Shown: positions 13,236 to 26,250 of the stretch, piece by piece
Position numbering within the stretch: the stretch's first letter is position 1
Layout: every line of letters begins with the position of its first letter
From: Octopus vulgaris
Taxonomy: Eukaryota
Assembly: GCA_951406725.2 (NCBI GenBank)
Contig: OX597818.1
Location: 70,122,001-70,186,000, forward strand
Length of the DNA: 64,000 nt
Direction: 5' to 3'
Program-made: the position numbers and the translations under genes
The notes under the pieces: model-generated
Told to the model about the DNA's origin: nothing
Seen by the model: only the letters and a program-made list of their open reading frames with translations
Databases searched by the model: none

Positions 13236-15407
13236 TGAGTGGACATACCAAACTGTGTCTGTGTCTCTATGTATGATTTTACATACATTCATTTATTCAA
13301 TCTTTTTCTTCTTCCTGTCATTTCTCTTCTATTTTTCTTCTTTTTTTTTGTTATCTGTTTGCTAAGAAGGACAATGAACACAAAAAGAAGACAAAAAACA
13401 AAAATTTGAATTCCCGAAATATCTCCAAAACCTTCAAGTTTCATATATTAAATCGAGATTGAATCAAGACATTTTCTTCGCACCACTTTTTTTTTTTTGT
13501 TTATCTTCTTTTACATCTTAATTGTTTTTTTTTTTTTTTGAAACTTAATGTCTCCAGTTTTGTCTTGGAGCTTCGTAAGAATGCTTCTGGCTTTTCTATT
13601 TCAGACATCATGTGTCACTTATTATCTTAGAAAATATTTTGAAAACAATTCACCAGTGAATATACCAAAATGGTCCAATGTTCTACTTTGCTGTGAAGGA
13701 AACAGCTTCACACCTACCGTCTTGACCAGTTCTTCCTCCTCACAATAATGTCGACCCCACCCCTTGCAGCCATTAACTTTTATTTCATTAAACAGAACAT
13801 CAATCACTTCAATTTCACTAATCCTAACACCAAGGTGGAGATGCCACACAACTATGGGGACATCCCCTTTCTCCACACAAAACCAATTCATCATTCTGAT
13901 ACCACTCCACCTGAGACCATCCCTGGTTATATGATACAAACAAAGTGATGTTGTTTACAGTTACTATACTCCTAGGGGGACACATTTTTCATTTATATTT
14001 TCCATTTTGGTGTGGTTTCTATAGCTGGATGTCCTTCTTATTTCAAACCACTTCAGAGATGATAATATGCCTTTTATGGTGTTATTAGAACACAAGGGCT
14101 TGTCATGTCTTCAACCAGCGTCAGTGAAATTGCCCTTTGTCCCCTCCAAGAATGAAAGAGTCCTCATTCTCTCTTTCTCTCTCTTCTCTTTCTGTTTTTG
14201 CATCTATAAATGCCACACAAACACACTCACGCACAGAAATGAAGCAAGCTCCTTTCCACTTGATGTTTAATACTAATGTACGTGAATGACTGGATATAAA
14301 TAAGCTGAGAGAAAAGCAGAACAGAAGAGGAAACGAATGTAGTGTGCAAGAGAGAAGACTGTGCTAGTATGGTCATGTGATGTCCATATATAGACATTTT
14401 CTGTCTGCCAAATTCTATACACAAAGTATTGATCAGCATGAGGCGATAGAAAACGACAATGTTTGCTCAACAACCAGAAACACTCACTCACAAAACAAAC
14501 TTTTTAACCAGAGAGCCATTCTTGTTTTCTTAATTGCCATCATTCCATGTTTATTTACCTTTACAATTTATAAATTTTATATGGAATTCTTACTTCATTT
14601 AATTCACTAATTTACCTGGGAAAGGTATGATTGCAATGCTATTTTTTCCCCTCCAGTAGTCAGTAAGTGTATTTCCCATTGGAATCATATCAGTGATTAT
14701 GGATGGATATCTAAATTTAAATAAAATTGTTAGATGTGTCACTCTATTTAGCATTCCTGCAGGTAAAAATAAATATGTTGTTGTTGCTATTGTTATCATC
14801 ATCATCATTATTATTATTATTGTTATTATTATTATTAAAGAAATATGTTATTTTTTTGTCTTCACTAATTCAGTAATTATATTAAGATTTAATGGTATTT
14901 GTAACAAGGCTCCAGTATGGACAAAACTGTTGTGATTTTCTCTGAGAGTAATTAGAGATAATGATGCTGACCTATATTACTATTAATACTTAGGCAACTA
15001 TTTCTATAGTTTCTTGAAGATGGAAGGAAAAAAGAAAGAAAGAATGGGAGATAATGAGAGAGGGGAATCTTCAGCTACTTGTAAAGAAAGAAGATTGTGA
15101 AGATATTCTCGTGTTGTATTTGATTAATTCCCACACACATATGAAAACTATTGTCAAGTCATGATCTTTAAATCCAGCTTTTGTGAAAATTATGGTAGCA
15201 TATTGTTGAAATTTTCTTCTAATTAGTAACTGATGCACCCGATAACCAGAATGGTTGAGAATATTTTCAATTATAACTTTTATATCTCCCAGGATTCTGT
15301 GTTTGATTGGAAGCAAATAATTTTCCCCCGCACTCAACTTTCTGCTGATTCTGATTAAAGCTCACAGTAGTTCTGCTTAAAAGCCTATTTTCTCTTGACA
15401 CTCATTC

Positions 15408-15445
15408 ACTTACCTGAAGGCAAAAAGAAAGAAAAGAAAAAAAAA
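15408..15445 (-). promoter_or_regulatory. Candidate recursive splice site (juxtaposed 3' and 5' splice sites)
   Basis: Minus strand reads TTTTTTTTTCTTTTCTTTCTTTTTGCCTTCAG|GTAAGTGA: a long polypyrimidine tract, CAG, then a consensus donor immediately after. Confidence 0.45.
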
Positions 15446-15968
15446 TACTCTTCCTTATGGTATGTTGGAGAAAATTCACAGGTATCTTTGTAGTTTAAGC
15501 ACCAAGTTCCTATGACTCTTTAACAGCAAAATGCTCTTCTCTATCCACAGGGATATTTCTCCTAAAATTATTTCATGGAAATTGATGTCATATTGCTTGT
15601 TAACTGATTTCCTTCTATTTTACAATTAAGCCTATTATATTAAAATTCTTCTTGATATTCAAATTTAAACTATTTTCAATATTAGAAATTTAATTAGGCA
15701 GCTTTTCAGCATTCCATCATTTTTAGGAAAAAGAATTCATTTTGGAAAAAAATCTTTATCTTATAATTCTGATGTACTTACGTTCTTCTTATACTTTTTT
15801 AAGCACTTAACTATTTTTGGTTTGAAGATAAAAAAAATAAAACACGGTTAAATATTATATGAAGTGGCTGCATTCTGGTATTTTCTAACTCTAGCATTTC
15901 CAGTACAACCAGCTCACATTCATGCTAAGTAGAAAAATTATTAGTATTCTATAAGCCACATTGCTTGT

Positions 15969-16018
<50 letters not shown>

Positions 16019-19000
16019 TAAACATTTTTAAAGTAGAAAAACCATAACCAAAACAAAGAACAATCTGATTATGCAATTTACCATTTGTTTATGCCTAGTT
16101 CAATGATTTTTTTTTCTCTCCCTCAAAGAAGCTTGAAAAAAGTACTTCAAAAAATATCTCCCTGTTACTAAACACAAAAGCTGTGAATGTATGATTATGG
16201 GTGTTCTGCAGCAAATATTAAATAGAGTAACAAACAGTTCAGGTATTTTTGTAGCATTACGGCTCAGACTATATCGTCCAATGGAGAATGTTTAATCCTA
16301 TTGCTTTAGCAAAATAAATAGAACTTGGTTTATCTCTCCCTCTCTCTCTCCTTTCCTCTGACTCTCTGCCTCTCAGTATCATTAGATATTTGCTTAAAAT
16401 TATTCGCATGACCAAACAGCTTGGAGCACAGATGATGTTTTTATACTGCCAATCAGTTCTGTGCCAACACAAAGGATAGATCGCAGGTGTCATAAAAATC
16501 CTTCACTCGTTGAGCAATTCATGGTTTCTATATCTTTTTGCATTGCACACACTTTGTTAAAATGGATTAGATTTATGTCCACAATTCTGTTCCTCCCTTG
16601 CTTTCTCTCGCTGGTTAATTCATTTTTAAGGCTTACCTCGACTGACAAACATTTGCCAAAATAGCTTTGCATTGTGCATGCATTTATAGACTGTTTGCCA
16701 AATAGTATTTTTGATACAAAGGGTTTCTGCCACAACCACCACCACTACTGCTAATACTACTACTACTACTGCTAATTTATGCTGTCCAAACTATACACAT
16801 ATGGCTAAACTTCATAGAAAGTAGCTAATCATATATTTTGGACAAATATAATACACACACACACACACACACACATACATATAGTGGATTCTCCCATTGG
16901 TTTTGATGTATGTGGGTCCAATAAGCATAAGCCATTAGACTCCCCACACAGATTATTCGTTTTCAGTAGTGAAGGTTCGTGCTGGACTGGCCACACTTTT
17001 TAGAAATGTTGATAGCAGAAAGTCAGTGCCAATGTTTGCCATAAACTCTATGAACAACATATTTTAGGCTTTTCTTTTAGAGTTCTCCATCATCTGGATT
17101 AGGTGCTTTTCCCATAGAGCCAAACCCATCCTTCTGAGCTAAATGCATACAGGGTATCAAATCAGAAATTTTTATGCCTTAAGACATACAAATATATATC
17201 ATGTAATTAGAAGGCTGTTTACAATTCTGAGTTCTTCTGCTCTTGAACAGGTTTTATTCTTCATCCTACAGAGTGTCCAGAAACTATCATAGTCACTAAG
17301 CATGCTTGGTACCATTGCCAGTTCAGTCCCCAACAGTCTAACCATGCAACGGGATGGACTGCTTTATATGAAACCAGTAGCACTGAAGAGTGAGACCAGA
17401 CATTCATAATTATAAATGTGTGTGTGTGTGTGTGTGTGAATGTAAGGGACAAATAATTAAGTGAATAAAAAACAATTGTTAAATAATTAAACACCAAAGA
17501 GTGTTCTTCAGTTTATATTCAGCAAAATTAAAATTGTTAAGAAGATAAGCCTAAAGGAAACTGAGAGGATGAAGACCATGATAATAATAAAACTAATGAA
17601 ACTTGGGGGTGGGGGGCAGGGGTGGCTGGTAATTTACTTTGACTGCAGGACTTGACTGATTCTAATTTTATTGACCCTGAGCTAAGAGCCGATGCCAAGG
17701 TTAGGTTATCAAGCTAAAAAGCCTTGTCAGCCAAAGTCCTGATCAACCCAGGCCTGCATGGAAAAGTGGATGCAAAGCACGATGCTGAATAAACATGGGA
17801 GGTGTCAAGTCTGAGGAGGAGCAAATATATCAAGTGGATTCTATGTACATCTGTTCGTTTAAAATCAAAACAAAACACAAACGAATTAAAACTTTCCCCC
17901 AACAATAATGATTTTAATATCAGGGTTTCTTATATTTCTGTCGATTTATATATGTGATGTTGATCAGCAAATTTTAAATAGTTTTTTGGTGGCCACAGAA
18001 TTGATTTATGCATGAAACTTAGCCTTGAAAACATGTTTATTGAAAGGAACGTAAGAGAACAAGGTTATCGTGGATTAAATGTGTCTGAGAAATTGAATGG
18101 TAGTTATTTGTGTATCAAAGTGAATCCTATAAGGAATTTTCAACTGAGAATGTAAAGGGATGTTAGTAAATACCAGAAGGTATTATTGTCCAGCAGTCTA
18201 AGAACATTCTTATCTTCCATAATTAAACATACAATATCTAAGTATGTCACGGGGACATTTTTCCTTTTTTGGTGGTGGTGGGCATAAGGTATATGTGATT
18301 GAATGAAACCCATTACTTTGACTGACAGAAATGGTTGGGAGCAATATGTAAAGGATTCTGAGGAAACATTTATGGAGAACAATATCATAAAAGAGACTGA
18401 ATGTTCCAAGTGGATGGTACTGGCACCAAGGGACAATGAGACAACTCCAACAGATCCAGATTGCTCTACACCATCCCCACTGCTATCAAAAGCTGCATTT
18501 CTCAGCAAAATTCTTTCAGTCTATAGACACATTTTTAGAGTAGGCCAATTCCATTGGTCCATACTTTCTGCTTCAAACATCTTCCAGCAAAATTCCTGAA
18601 AGATGGTAACATCATCCTCTCCCCCTACTCTTCCTATTTGTTTTCAAGGGGCACTTTGACCCGAGAAGAAAGCCTCTAACTTCTGTTCTTCCACTCTTCT
18701 CCGATATATCTACCAATCATAATGTTTTCTAATATAGGTGCGAGGCCTAAAAAGAGGTTGGCGTGCATTCATGTGAACCACCCTCAGTACGTGACTGGAG
18801 GATTGTTATATCAACCCCAGAAACCTAAGAAGCACAATTGACCTTCACAGGATTTGAACTCGAAACATAACAGTTATGTAGAAGTAAGCAGAACTAGCAA
18901 TGTCACATAAGCAAGAAGTGGTGGTGCTTTAGTTCTAATAGATTATATTATTATATCTAACACATATAAATTGATGGAGCATATCATGTGTGATATGAAC

Positions 19001-19574
19001 GTAAGCCATCAGCTGCTAGGTTACGGAACAGAGACTTCAATGTTTCAACTAAGCATTGTGTCCAATAAATATGTGTGGATGTAAAATGTTGCATGTATTT
19101 ATCTCTGGTTATATAATTCTACACTCGTAATTATATGGTGTGTGACGGTTTGTGCGTTAATTCAGGCAAAAATAAAAATGAAAGCCATAGAAGTTGTTAC
19201 AAGGTTATGAGGGGAAATGTGTGTGTGTGTGTGCATGTTTTGTGTTTGTGTATGTGTTTATGTGTGTTCGTTGTGTGTGTGTATGCTGTTGTTACTGTTG
19301 TTGTTAACCCTCCAACGAAGGCATCCCTGATCCAACAGATCCACTTATGTTCCAGCCATCATCGTACCTATCCATCTCTCAACCAATGCATATCTAGAAC
19401 TACATCATCCAATGCATTTTTTGAAGCAATAGTGCATAACTGAAGGGGGATTTAGTTGATATTTTTAGCAGATGTAACAACCAAGTAGAGGTTGCCTGCA
19501 TTAAATGTGTGTGTGTGTGCTCTCCAATCTAATATGTTTTTACCATAGAAAAACTATTTACCACAGTGAAGGCA

Positions 19575-19845
19575 CATGACTTAGTGGTAAAGGTATTCAA
19601 CTCCCAAACATGAGGTTATCAGCTGGATTCCCATTGGTGAATTGTGTTCTTGAGCAAGACACTTGATTTCACACACAGCTGGCTAAAATGAGTTGTAATT
19701 CAAAGGACCAGCCTTGTTACATGAGATCTGCATTAAGGGTACACATGTCTGTGGAGTGTTCAGCCACTTGCACGTAAATTTCACGAGCAGGCTATTCCAT
19801 TGATCGGATCAACTGGAACCCTCATTGTCATAATCAACCGAGTAG
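19575..19845 (+). mobile_element. SINE family B
   Basis: 'ttagtggtaaaggtattc...ggattccc...ttgagcaagacactt...tgtctgtggagtgttcagccacttgcacg...ttccattgatcggatcaactggaacc', the reverse complement of 6275-6590. Confidence 0.75.
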
Positions 19846-20304
19846 CAAATAAAAACATTTTTATCAAATCAACAGACTATCAAATCGTCTGTTTCCTGTA
19901 ATCAATGTTGTTTGTTGTTTGGACTCAATGAACCTTAATTTTATAATCAAATACAATTATACAACATTGTAATAACTCTAATGTTTCACCACCTTAATTA
20001 GCTCTTTTATTTTTTTTTTGCTTTTAATTAAAGGTATTTATCCTAAATTCCTTCCATCTATAATAAAGATTAAAGTGTTTAAGTCTAGCTTAAGGCTACA
20101 CATTTTTATATATTTTATAGAATTTTCACCAGTGTCTGACTAGACATCAAATATACATACACACAATCTCTATTTCATTTACCTAAATATACAATTGCAC
20201 ACACACACACACATACACACACACACATGCACACACATACACATGTTTACTTACATAATCATGGAAACTGTTTTAAAATTCAGAGCAGGTTTATAGTCAA
20301 AGGT

Positions 20305-20545
20305 ACAGCTGTGTAGTAACAAATTTGCTTCCCAACCACATGGTTCCAGGTTCAGTCCCATTGTGTGGCACCTTGAGCAAGTGTCTTCCACTATAGCCTT
20401 GGACCAATCAAAGCTTTATGAGTAACTTTGGTAGATGGAAGCTGAAAGAAGTGTGTTCTATATATGTGTGTGTGCGTGTGTGTGTGCCTTTGTATCTGGG
20501 TTTGTTCCCCCCACCACCACTTGACCACCAGTGGTTTTGCAAAAA
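20305..20545 (+). mobile_element. SINE family A, 5' two-thirds
   Basis: Head and body colinear with 7352-7620; interrupted by the RTE tail at 20561. Confidence 0.8.
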
Positions 20546-20560
20546 GTCCTGGTATCGATT

Positions 20561-20711
20561 CATCATCATCATCATCATCATCATTTAGCGTCCGCTTTCC
20601 ATGCTAGCATGGGTTGGACGGGTCAACTGGGGTCTGTGAAGCTGGAAGGCTTTGTCAGGCCCAGTCAGATCTGGCAGTGTTTCTACGGCTGGATGCCCTT
20701 CCTAACGCCAA
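20561..20711 (-). mobile_element. Young RTE LINE 3' terminal fragment
   Basis: (CAT)8 then 'ttagcgtccgctttccatgctagcatgggttggacgg...ggatgcccttcctaacgccaac'; very similar to the reverse complement of 63480-63622. Confidence 0.9.
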
Positions 20712-21205
20712 CAGAGTTGATAATTTAAATACCAGTTGAGTGCTGGGGTTGATCTAATCAACTTAATTCCTCCCCACAAAATTGCTGGCATTTGACCCCA
20801 GATTCAGTCAACTAAAATCCAAGGTGATGCCCCAGCATGGTCGCAAAGAAAAACAATAATAAAAATTATTTCTGATTTAGGATGAAAACCCACAGATTTG
20901 AGAATACAGAGTTAATTGATTAAATGCACCTCACAATTTTATGGGTACATCTTGTTCTAAATCCGAGAGGGACAAAAGTCCAAGATGACCTCAGCAAGAT
21001 TTGAAGTAAAATGTCAGGATAGTTATTGCAAGACATTTTACCTGATGTTCTAACGAGTTTGCCAATCAACCACCCAAATGACAATAGCAGCAATAATTAT
21101 AATAATGGTATCAAATTTTGACACAATGCCAGCAATTTTGTGGGGAGGAATTAAGTTGATTAGATCAACCCCAGCACTCAACTGGTATTTAAATTATCAA
21201 CTCTG
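20712..21205. repeat. Perfect 81-bp inverted repeat (arms 20712-20792 and 21125-21205)
   Basis: Arms compared base by base are exact reverse complements, with a 332-bp spacer. Confidence 0.92.
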
Positions 21206-21209
21206 AAAG

Positions 21210-22185
21210 AACAAAAGATTTTCAACTGAGTTTATGCAAAATACCCAGGTTGAACAGCATGATGGAAGTGTGGCAGCTGAAGTTGCAAAGAAAGGGAAAT
21301 CAATAGCAAAGCAAAATGCATTTGAACAATTGGCTGATAGGTGGGAGCAAAAAGCTCTGTGTGGTAAATATGTGGCCCATAGCAAACAAGATGATGTAGA
21401 CTAGAAGCACACCCATCAGTGGCTACGGAGCTCAGGGCTAAAGACAGAGAGTGAAGGCTTTATTTTGGCTGCTCGGAGCTTATTGACTCAGGACTATCAA
21501 AACAATGTAATGAAAAATGGTGTAGACCCAAAGTGCCGATACTGCAAAGATGGGATAGAAACAGTAGACCACCTAATCTCTGGGTGTAAAGTTTTAGCAC
21601 CTGTAGAGTACAAATTAAGACATGACAGAGTTGGTCAATATTTACATTGGATAAAGTGCCAGATATTGTTGTGAAAGACCAAAGTAATAAAGTCTGTTTA
21701 TTGATTGACTTGAGCGAACCCTGTGACCATAATATCTTGGCAAAAGAATTTGATAAGCTCAGAAAATATAAAGATCTGCTAATCAAAATAGAAAAGATAT
21801 GGCATCTCAAGGTGGTTACAATACCAGTGATTGTGGGAGCACTTGGAATGATTAAAAAAGGAACTGAAAATTATTTGAGGATAATCCCTGGCTGACCATC
21901 CATGCAGGAGGATACAAAAGATTGTCTTACCTGGTAACTGGTTGCACATATTGAGAAGAGCGTTGTCCCTGTGAACTTTCTTTCCCCTTTTCCCCCTTTA
22001 TTTTATTTGTGTTTTCCTTTTCTTTCTGTCGTTCTTCCCCTTTTTCTCTATCACATGACTTTGTAAATGAACAATCTGGTGTGTTTATCTTAATGGCCCA
22101 CCAATGTATACAGTGCGTTTCTCTGCCCTAGGTGTCAGGAAGACACTTGGAAAGAAATGGAAACAGAATTGAAACAAGATGCTAA
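21210..22185 (+). mobile_element. R4/Dong-like non-LTR retrotransposon 3' remnant (CCHC knuckle plus restriction-like endonuclease)
   Basis: Translation THQWLRSSGLKTESEGFILAA...CRYCKDGIETVDHLISGC...RHDRVGQYLHW / PDIVVKD...LLIDLSEP...KLRKYKDL...TIPVIVGALG shows C-x2-C-x8-H-x4-C, RHD and PD..D..K motifs. It has a stop and an internal deletion, and ends in a TAA-rich tract. Confidence 0.85.
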
Positions 22186-22231
22186 TAAATATGATAATAA
22201 TATTTCAACAATAATGATAATAATAATAATA

Positions 22232-23030
22232 AAGCATAGACAAAGCCAAGGACATGCAATCCTTTACCAGAAATGCAGCCTTGAGTGGTTTACTAGCAAA
22301 TGGTAAGGAGAGAGCCTCCAATACTGATATGGACAAAACCCTTACCCATCAGTAGTAAATGTTGTTTGGTTTAAAATCAGAGACAGAAGGGTTTATCAAA
22401 GCAGCCCTGGATCAATGCCTACCAGCTAATGGCTTCCAGGGCAACATCTTAAAGAATGGCAGCAGCCCAATATGTTGAGTGTGTTAAAGACCAGCCTGAA
22501 ACCATCGATCACATTGTCTTGGTGCTTGAAAATGGTCATATCTCACTCCTATGGAGCTTCTCTGTTCAAACTGACAGAAAGATAGATGCAAATCAGCGTG
22601 ATATTTATTATATTGAAGGATTTCATAAAAAATCGAGCCTCCTCATTGATACGACTGCCTGAATTGATATAAATGTATCTGTCAAGACCTACCTAAAGTT
22701 GTGCAAGTACAAAAATCTCGAAATAGGAATTGGCAAAATGTGGAAACACACGAGTAGAGCAATACCTGTGATTGTAGGTGCCCTAAGAATAATAGCAAAA
22801 GGGGCTGATTATTACCCCTCTCAATCGTCAGGAAATCCAGACATGGAAGAATTTCTAAAAATGTTACTCATGGAACTGCACATATCATACAAAAAAATTC
22901 ACATATTATCAAAAGCATATTTTCTAAAACAATTAAAATACAAATCTCTCTCACTGAACAATGTTCTTACCAAAAAACATGGCAGCAATCAGCCATCCTA
23001 TCATAATGTTGGCACATACATACGTACGTG

Positions 23031-23070
<40 letters not shown>

Positions 23071-23145
23071 CACACACACAGAGTCTCTGGGTGAGATTTG
23101 GACTCAGCTCATAGAAACACAAAGCAAAATCGAAATATCATTATA
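22232..23145 (+). mobile_element. Second, more decayed R4/Dong-like 3' remnant
   Basis: Fragments GLKSETEGFIKAALDQ, ETIDHIV, LLID and KYKNLEIGIGKMW...AIPVIVGAL; frameshifted; diverged from the upstream copy. Confidence 0.75.
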
Positions 23146-24739
23146 ATAGCAAAGACTTTTGCCAAGATAACGTGGCAGTCCTGGTTTAGGACGAATGCTA
23201 CTGTAATTTAGCCCCAAGAGACATCATCTCCTGCTCGTTATACACCATGATCTGTGTCCTTATATTAAACTTAATAGTTTCTGCCAAATTATTTTGTACA
23301 ATTTCATGCTCCGGTGTAAAGTATTTAACTGAAATTTTAAACCAATACTGAGATTAAAATAAACCCATTATCTGAGCAGATAAAGTTTAATACTTAATCA
23401 GGTGAAATAGTTAATATGATTACAAAACTGATTATAAAACAAATTGCAGCAAATGGACAAAGACTCAAGGCCAGAAATGTTCTGCATGTGTAATCAATTG
23501 AATGAACCCAAGCATATGACTGGTAGTTTGTTTTATTGAACCCATAAAGATGAAAGGCAAAGTCATCCTCCTTTGAATAAAAATGGGATTTAAATAAATA
23601 CTACAAGGTATTTTGTTTGAAGTTTTATTGATTCTGCCGACCATTTGCTACCGAACAGAAACTAACATCAGTTTTGTGGGGTCAGGAGGGCATGGAGGTA
23701 AAGGATTGCCAAGGCCTGGAGAGAGGGAGAGTGACAACAATGGCGATGATAGTGTTGTTGTTGTTATTGGTGGTGGTGGTGGTGGTATGCAGTCTTGTCC
23801 AGGGTTTATTGGAGGTGTCAGAAAAAGTTACATTCTTCACGACCTTTTCATCTAGAAGATGTTCCTCTTTACAAAATTCCAGATATGTAAGAGCAAATTA
23901 GTGACCCGTTTAATATATCAAAATCTAAAAGTGAACTTATTAAAATATCAAGAACAGAGATCTACGAGGAGTTGTGTGGCTCCCCTACAGCCAGAAACCG
24001 ATTCTGTTTTGGACCCTTCATAGCATAGCATAAAGCAATATTTCTCCCTACAGTAGACCCATTCAGTCAAAGAGATGTTCATCTTGCAGGCTGCATGAAA
24101 ATGTCTTGAGTACAGGTGGCACCAAAAAAGCACCCGTTACTCACTGTAAAGTGATTGGCATTAGGAAGGGTATCCAGGAAGGGTATGATGCACTCCCTTT
24201 TACATCCCTCTATCTCCACCAACTCATGGCTCCCTGCTCATTTACTCTTCAACCCTATTCTTTTCTGGCAGTCTGCCTCCCCATCATCCCCTATACCTTC
24301 ATTCTCCTTCACATGCAAACTTGTAAACTGATTCACCAACTCATCTTGTGCCTTGTAGGGGTCACTTAGGAACTCATTGTCATTAGCTATCTCTTTCAGC
24401 TCCCACTATCCATTTTCTCTTTCTCTCTCTTTTCCCTACAAGAACCTCCCCCACCACTTCTCATTGTTCAATCTCCTTCACTAACATGAAGCTGACCACT
24501 CACTCTCTGCAAGGGTTTGTAATTCTGGGAGCTACATGATGACCCCAATAGTGACAGGGATATGAAAAATCCCCTCGGTCATACTGTAAGGTGTTTGACA
24601 TTAAAAAGGACGTCCAGTCATAAAACCCATGCCAAAAACAGACATTGGAGCACAATGCAGTCCTTGGACACATCATATTCTGTTAAGCCATCAAATCCAT
24701 ACCAGCATGCAACATGGCTGTTGAATGAGGACAAGGAGG

Positions 24740-24773
<34 letters not shown>

Positions 24774-25559
24774 AATATGCACACACATACACATAAAATA
24801 TATATTACACACACACACACACATGCACACAATGAGATAAGACCAAAGCAAGTCATCATCATTTTTGACAATTGATCGAAGACTTGTACACGAAGTGATG
24901 TAGCTTGCCTAAATGGCTTTATTTTGGTAAAAGATGGTCAAAACAGAATCCAAATATAAAAACACTATCAAGTGAAATATTTCGCCTTATTTTTCTTTAA
25001 TTTTAATTGGGTATGGTGGATGAGTAGAATAGCTAGGTTGGGGAATAAAATCCTTGTTATATACAATTGTGTCCATTTACAATGGAACAGAAATGGTAAT
25101 TCAAATGCCTGAAGTATCTGTGTTAATAAGGTTACCATAGATTATAAGACACAAAAAGAAAATGACTCTCCCCAGACACAACAGAATATACTTCAACACA
25201 CGAACTCATAAAGAATCTTACAAACCAAATCCAAAAACGAAATACGCTTACCATATTTTTGAGCTACCAACGTCCTTTTTTCTTTTTCTCTGTAGACTTT
25301 GAGCAACAAATGTTCAGACAAAGCATCAGTCTAGCTTATCAGTCGAGGTTGAGTACTACCCATGACCACAGATTAATTTTAAAAGAAATACTTTGTGCTG
25401 TGGATTTGAACAAATGATTTATGTGAACATCAATTAATTTCTTATTCATGGAGACATCTTACTTGCAGGTGAAGCTAGAGACAAGTCAGGTGAATGCCAT
25501 GATTATGCCAAAGTAAATTACATTGGAACTGATAGTGGTAGAGAGGAAAATAACTTAAT

Positions 25560-25960
25560 TATTATCATTAAGAAGTATATTGTTGGGAAATGAAGACTAA
25601 ACTTGATAGAAATAAACGGAAAGTCAGAGAAATGATGGAAGAAAACTTGAGTGTGGATAAGAAGAAATACGACTGAGAGGAGAAGTGGTAAAATATTTGG
25701 ATCGTGACAAAAAGAAATGAAGAGAAATGGTTTTGAGTTTGTGATTGGAGGAATGACTTATGTTGGCAACAATTAAAATTAATAGATTTCTACAGAGAAT
25801 AAATCAATACAGGCAGAATTGCATGTTCCATACCAAACAATAGAGATTCTACCAAAAACTAAATGAAGACTTGAGCAACAGTAAATTAATGCCTAATGTT
25901 GAAGAATATCATCATTATCAGGTGAAATCCAAGACAGCAAAATAAAGAGAATATAAAGTT
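25560..25960 (+). mobile_element. Decayed R4/Dong-like ORF fragment (region N-terminal to RT)
   Basis: Frame KINRFLQRINQYRQNCMFHTKQ*RFYQKLN resembles the QNxxFxxNQxxFY motif upstream of RT in R4/Dong elements. Confidence 0.5.
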
Positions 25961-26150
25961 AAAAAAATAGAGTATGGCGAATAAAGAAAATGGTATAATG
26001 TACTATTATTATTGTTGTTGTTGTTGTGCAAGAAAATGGGTGGTTCTATTACTGGAAGAACTGAAAAGAACTGGAAGAATTAATGTTAAAGAATTCATAG
26101 GAAAGAAAGATTTTTCAAAGCAAAACAAAAAATAGAAAAAAACTGCTCAA

Positions 26151-26250
26151 NNNNNNNNNNNNNNNNNNNNNNNNNNNNNNNNNNNNNNNNNNNNNNNNNN
26201 NNNNNNNNNNNNNNNNNNNNNNNNNNNNNNNNNNNNNNNNNNNNNNNNNN
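26151..26250. other. Assembly gap (100 N)
   Basis: Run of N directly abutting the tandem array; true length unknown. Confidence 0.99.

Noticed and set aside
18303-18599. 98-aa non-repetitive ORF (also 10699-10881, 13748-13948, 47547-47762)
   Set aside because: No recognisable domain, no convincing flanking splice sites, and lengths expected by chance.
25332-25352. TAGCTTATCAGTCGAGGTTGA resembles vertebrate miR-21
   Set aside because: Several mismatches, no precursor hairpin, and miR-21 is vertebrate-restricted; chance similarity.
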